The notes under the pieces were generated by a model. The model worked only from the letters and a program-made list of their open reading frames with translations. It was not told the origin of the DNA and made no database searches. DNA of 64,000 bases from the sequence record SRR20825019_2588. The stretch is one strand, 5' to 3'. The translations under genes were made by a program, and so were the position numbers. Shown piece by piece: positions 60,894-64,000 of this stretch; position 1 is the first letter of the stretch; the number at the start of each line of letters is the position of its first letter.

Positions 60894-60975
60894 GCGTTGT
60901 AATCCATCAGTTGCTGCGGTCAGTATTGACGAAGTAGCAGGTTAAGGATGCCAGGGAGCATCTCAGGGGACGATA

Positions 60976-63531
60976 GTGAAACCACGCCTTTGCGTTGTTT
61001 TCTTCAGGTTTGTGTTTGCCGCTGCCATTCTGGCAATTACCGCTGCAAGCTATGCCGAGCCCGTTCCATTACGGGTCGGTGTCTATGACAACCCGCCAAA
61101 GTTGTTGCTCAGTGAGCAGGGTGAAGTCAGTGGCATTCTGGGGGATTTGTTGCAGCAAATTGCCAGTCGCGAGAACTGGCGAGTTGACCCGGTTCCCTGT
61201 AGCTGGAGCGTCTGTCTCAAGATGCTGGAAAATGGCGAGCTGGACTTGCTGCCCGATGTTGCAAGAACCCAGGCCCGCGAACAGCGCTATCAGTTTCATA
61301 CAGAACCGGCATTAATGAGTTGGTCACAGGTCTATACCGCGGATGATGTCAGACTGAGTAATTTGCTGGATCTGGACGGTAAAACCGTCGCTGTCCTTGA
61401 TGGGTCGGTTCAGGAAGATTATCTGCATAAGCTGGCCACCAATTTCTCTCTTGATGTGAACTGGCTGCCTTCCAATGATCTCGATAATGCCTTTAACGCC
61501 GTCGTCAATGGCGAGGCTGATGCCGTTGTCTCCAGCCACTATTACGGCAACAATAAAATGCAGGCCTTATCGCTCAATGCGACGCCCATTTTGTTTCAGC
61601 CCGCCCGTCTTTTCTATGCTGTTTCACCCCATCGGGACGGTGCCATTCTGGAAGTCATTGATGCCTACCTGACACGTTGGAAAGTCATGCCCGACTCGGT
61701 CTATTACCAGACACTGGAAAAATGGACCTTGCCCTCAGAAAAGCCGATCCCAGTCATCATCTGGTGGCTCCTGGCGGCATTGATGATGATCCTGATACTG
61801 GTCGTCACTTTTAATCTGACCCTACGCAGACAAGTCAACCTTAAGACCCGTGGCCTGTTTGAAAGTGAAAACAGGCTGAACACGATACTCAATAGTCTGG
61901 ATGCGATTGTTTATATCAAGGATCGCCAACATCGTTATCGCTATATCAATGAGAAAGTGACGGTTCTGACCGGCTTTACACCTGAAGCCTTGATTGGCGA
62001 AACCGATGAGAAAATTTTTAATGATGAGACCTGTAAGCACCTGAGACAGAATGATTTGAAAGTGCTTGAATACGGCGAACGTCTGGTTGAGGAAGAAGAG
62101 GTCAGTGACACCCGAAGCGGCGATACACGCCATTTTCTCTCTGTGAAAATTCCACTGCGGGACGCTTTCAATAAAATTTATGCTTTGTGTGGTATTTCAA
62201 CGGATATCACTAACAACAAAAAAATGCATGAGCGCATCCAGGCGCTGGAGTTCTCCGATCCCCTGACGGGCCTGCCCAATCGCTTTGAGTTGTTCAGACG
62301 AATTGACACTGTGCTGCAGGAAGATGCTTCAGCCAACGGCGCCGTCATGGTGGTGGATGTGGATGATTTCAAAATGATTAATGAATCACGCAGCCATGGT
62401 CAGGGTGATGAATTATTGGCACAAATTGCACAACGGCTGCTCTCCTATAACCAGAAAGCGATGAGTGTCGCCCGAATCAGCTCTGATGAGTTTGCCTGTC
62501 TGGTTCAGCTTTCGGCGGAACAAGATGCCAGAGAGTTCATAACGGCAATGGCCAGGGATGTGAGGCAACTTCTTTCTGTCCCTTATCAACTCAGCAAAGG
62601 GCATTACAATGCCAGCGTCTGTATTGGTATAGCGCTGTTCAGCGATGCCGAGGGCCAGACTGAGCGTCTAATCAGGCTGGCCGATCTGGCGCTCAACGAA
62701 GCCAAACATCACGGTCGTAATAGCCAGCGCTTTTTTAATCCGAAGATGCAGGAAGCCATTAATCGCCGCAGTGTGCTCGAAGTCGCTCTGCGTGATGCTA
62801 TCGAAAAACAGCAAATAGCGCTCTATCTTCAGCCGCAGGTTGATGACAACGGGACAATTATCGGCATGGAAGCGTTGCTTCGCTGGCATGACAGGGCAAT
62901 GGGAACAATTGCCCCCACCGAATTTATCCCGATTGCTGAAGACAGCGGCTTGATCATTCCACTCGGGGAGTGGGTTATCCAGACGGCCTGCGAGGTGCTG
63001 GCGCAATGGGCCGATGATTCAGAGACAGCAGACTGGACGCTGGCAGTCAATATCAGCCCGCGTCAGTTCCGGCATAGTCGTTTTGCTGAGCATGTCGAAC
63101 AGACTCTCCGCCAAGCTGGCATTGATGCCGGAAAACTCAAGTTTGAAGTCACTGAAAACCTGCTTATTGATAACCTGCAACAGGTGGCAGAACGTATGAA
63201 CACACTGCAGTCACTGGGTATTCAATTCGCACTGGATGATTTCGGTACCGGCTATGCCTCCCTGAGCTATCTGAAACTGTTGCCCATTCATCAGCTCAAG
63301 ATCGATCAGTCTTTTGTTCGCGAACTGGTCCATAACCCTGATGATGAAGCAATCATCAAAACGATTCTGGCACTGGGACAGACTCTGGAACTGGCGGTCA
63401 TTGCTGAAGGTGTCGAGACTCAGGAACAGGCGGAGCGTTTGCGGAAACTGGGCTGCAGGCAGTTCCAGGGCTTCCTGTATGGACGGCCAGCGCCGGCCGC
63501 TGATAGTTTCAAACAACGTCGGATGGGTTGA
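60976..63531 (+). CDS. Periplasmic-binding + PAS + GGDEF-like + EAL protein, probable c-di-GMP phosphodiesterase
   Basis: SBP_bac_3-like N-terminus, TM, PAS, DPLTGLPNR, degenerate SSDEF, intact EALLRW/DDFGTGY/AEGVET. Confidence 0.9.
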   Translation: MKPRLCVVFFRFVFAAAILAITAASYAEPVPLRVGVYDNPPKLLLSEQGEVSGILGDLLQQIASRENWRVDPVPCSWSVCLKMLENGELDLLPDVARTQAREQRYQFHTEPALMSWSQVYTADDVRLSNLLDLDGKTVAVLDGSVQEDYLHKLATNFSLDVNWLPSNDLDNAFNAVVNGEADAVVSSHYYGNNKMQALSLNATPILFQPARLFYAVSPHRDGAILEVIDAYLTRWKVMPDSVYYQTLEKWTLPSEKPIPVIIWWLLAALMMILILVVTFNLTLRRQVNLKTRGLFESENRLNTILNSLDAIVYIKDRQHRYRYINEKVTVLTGFTPEALIGETDEKIFNDETCKHLRQNDLKVLEYGERLVEEEEVSDTRSGDTRHFLSVKIPLRDAFNKIYALCGISTDITNNKKMHERIQALEFSDPLTGLPNRFELFRRIDTVLQEDASANGAVMVVDVDDFKMINESRSHGQGDELLAQIAQRLLSYNQKAMSVARISSDEFACLVQLSAEQDAREFITAMARDVRQLLSVPYQLSKGHYNASVCIGIALFSDAEGQTERLIRLADLALNEAKHHGRNSQRFFNPKMQEAINRRSVLEVALRDAIEKQQIALYLQPQVDDNGTIIGMEALLRWHDRAMGTIAPTEFIPIAEDSGLIIPLGEWVIQTACEVLAQWADDSETADWTLAVNISPRQFRHSRFAEHVEQTLRQAGIDAGKLKFEVTENLLIDNLQQVAERMNTLQSLGIQFALDDFGTGYASLSYLKLLPIHQLKIDQSFVRELVHNPDDEAIIKTILALGQTLELAVIAEGVETQEQAERLRKLGCRQFQGFLYGRPAPAADSFKQRRMG

Positions 63532-63642
63532 TCCAGGTCATTGACCTGTGATTTTGCTTAACTCTTCGCTCTTATTGCCGATAACCTCTGCGGGCAGACG
63601 ACAACACCAGTTTCAGTTGATGCCCGTTTTAAGGTAGAAACA

Positions 63643-64000
63643 ATGAAGAAAAACTTACCCGTTACTGACAACGAAGTCACATTTGAAGAAGAACTCATTT
63701 CCACCACCGATCTGAAAGGTGCCATCACCGGATTTAATTCGGCGTTTGAGGATGTCAGTGGTTTTCCGGGCGATGAAATGCTTGGAAAAAACCACAATGT
63801 GATCCGTCATCCGGATATGCCACCGGCGGCCTTTGAAGACTTGTGGGATACCATCAAGGCTAAAGACCATTGGATGGGTATCGTCAAAAACCGCAGTAAG
63901 AACGGTGATTATTACTGGGTTGATGCCTATGTGACCCCGATTTTCAACGGTCAGCAAATCGTCGGTTATGAATCAGTGCGTATCAAGCCCAAAGCGGAAT
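63643..64000 (+). CDS. Aer-like PAS chemoreceptor, partial (runs off the right edge)
   Basis: Not in the ORF track: MKKNLPVTDNE..LISTTDLKG.I..N.AF..SGF..EMLG.NHNVIRHPDMPPAAF.DLW.TIK..W.GIVKNR.KNGDYYWVDAYVTP. Confidence 0.9.
   Translation, partial: MKKNLPVTDNEVTFEEELISTTDLKGAITGFNSAFEDVSGFPGDEMLGKNHNVIRHPDMPPAAFEDLWDTIKAKDHWMGIVKNRSKNGDYYWVDAYVTPIFNGQQIVGYESVRIKPKAE

Noticed and set aside
60474-60907. IS630 transposase, and the Phe-rich antisense ORF 60644-60907
   Set aside because: No DDE domain or terminal inverted repeats seen; the antisense ORF only mirrors Lys codons.

Overview
Bacterial chromosomal window, most likely from a marine or halophilic gammaproteobacterial methylotroph (Methylophaga-like; inferred from gene content only). 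Bases 1-41.4 kb form a methylated-amine catabolism supercluster. It contains the N-methylglutamate pathway (mgdABCD-gmaS-mgsABC) with a divergent XRE regulator, trimethylamine dehydrogenase with its ETF and a membrane Fe-S/CCG oxidoreductase, and dimethylamine monooxygenase (dmmDABC). It also carries flavin and folate supply genes (ribB, ribH, folE2), three APC permeases, a DMT transporter, a guanidine-II riboswitch/Gdx pair, a porin, a His-less Amt, and a NarX/NarL-like two-component pair with a divergent membrane PAS protein. Six promoters share one architecture: a NarL-type 7-2-7 palindrome, exactly 14 bp, then -35/-10. This points to an apparently undescribed methylamine regulon run by the NarXL-like pair. 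A structured, switch-like leader RNA precedes folE2-ribB. The remainder (41.4-64 kb) holds a trans-sulfuration enzyme, a Mo-bisPGD oxidoreductase, the sps-spp-fructokinase-amylosucrase operon, two photolyase/cryptochrome genes, the AmmeMemoRadiSam trio, a c-di-GMP phosphodiesterase and the start of an Aer-like chemoreceptor. No rRNA, tRNA, CRISPR array or intact mobile element was seen. Family assignments come from motif recognition; no database search was run.
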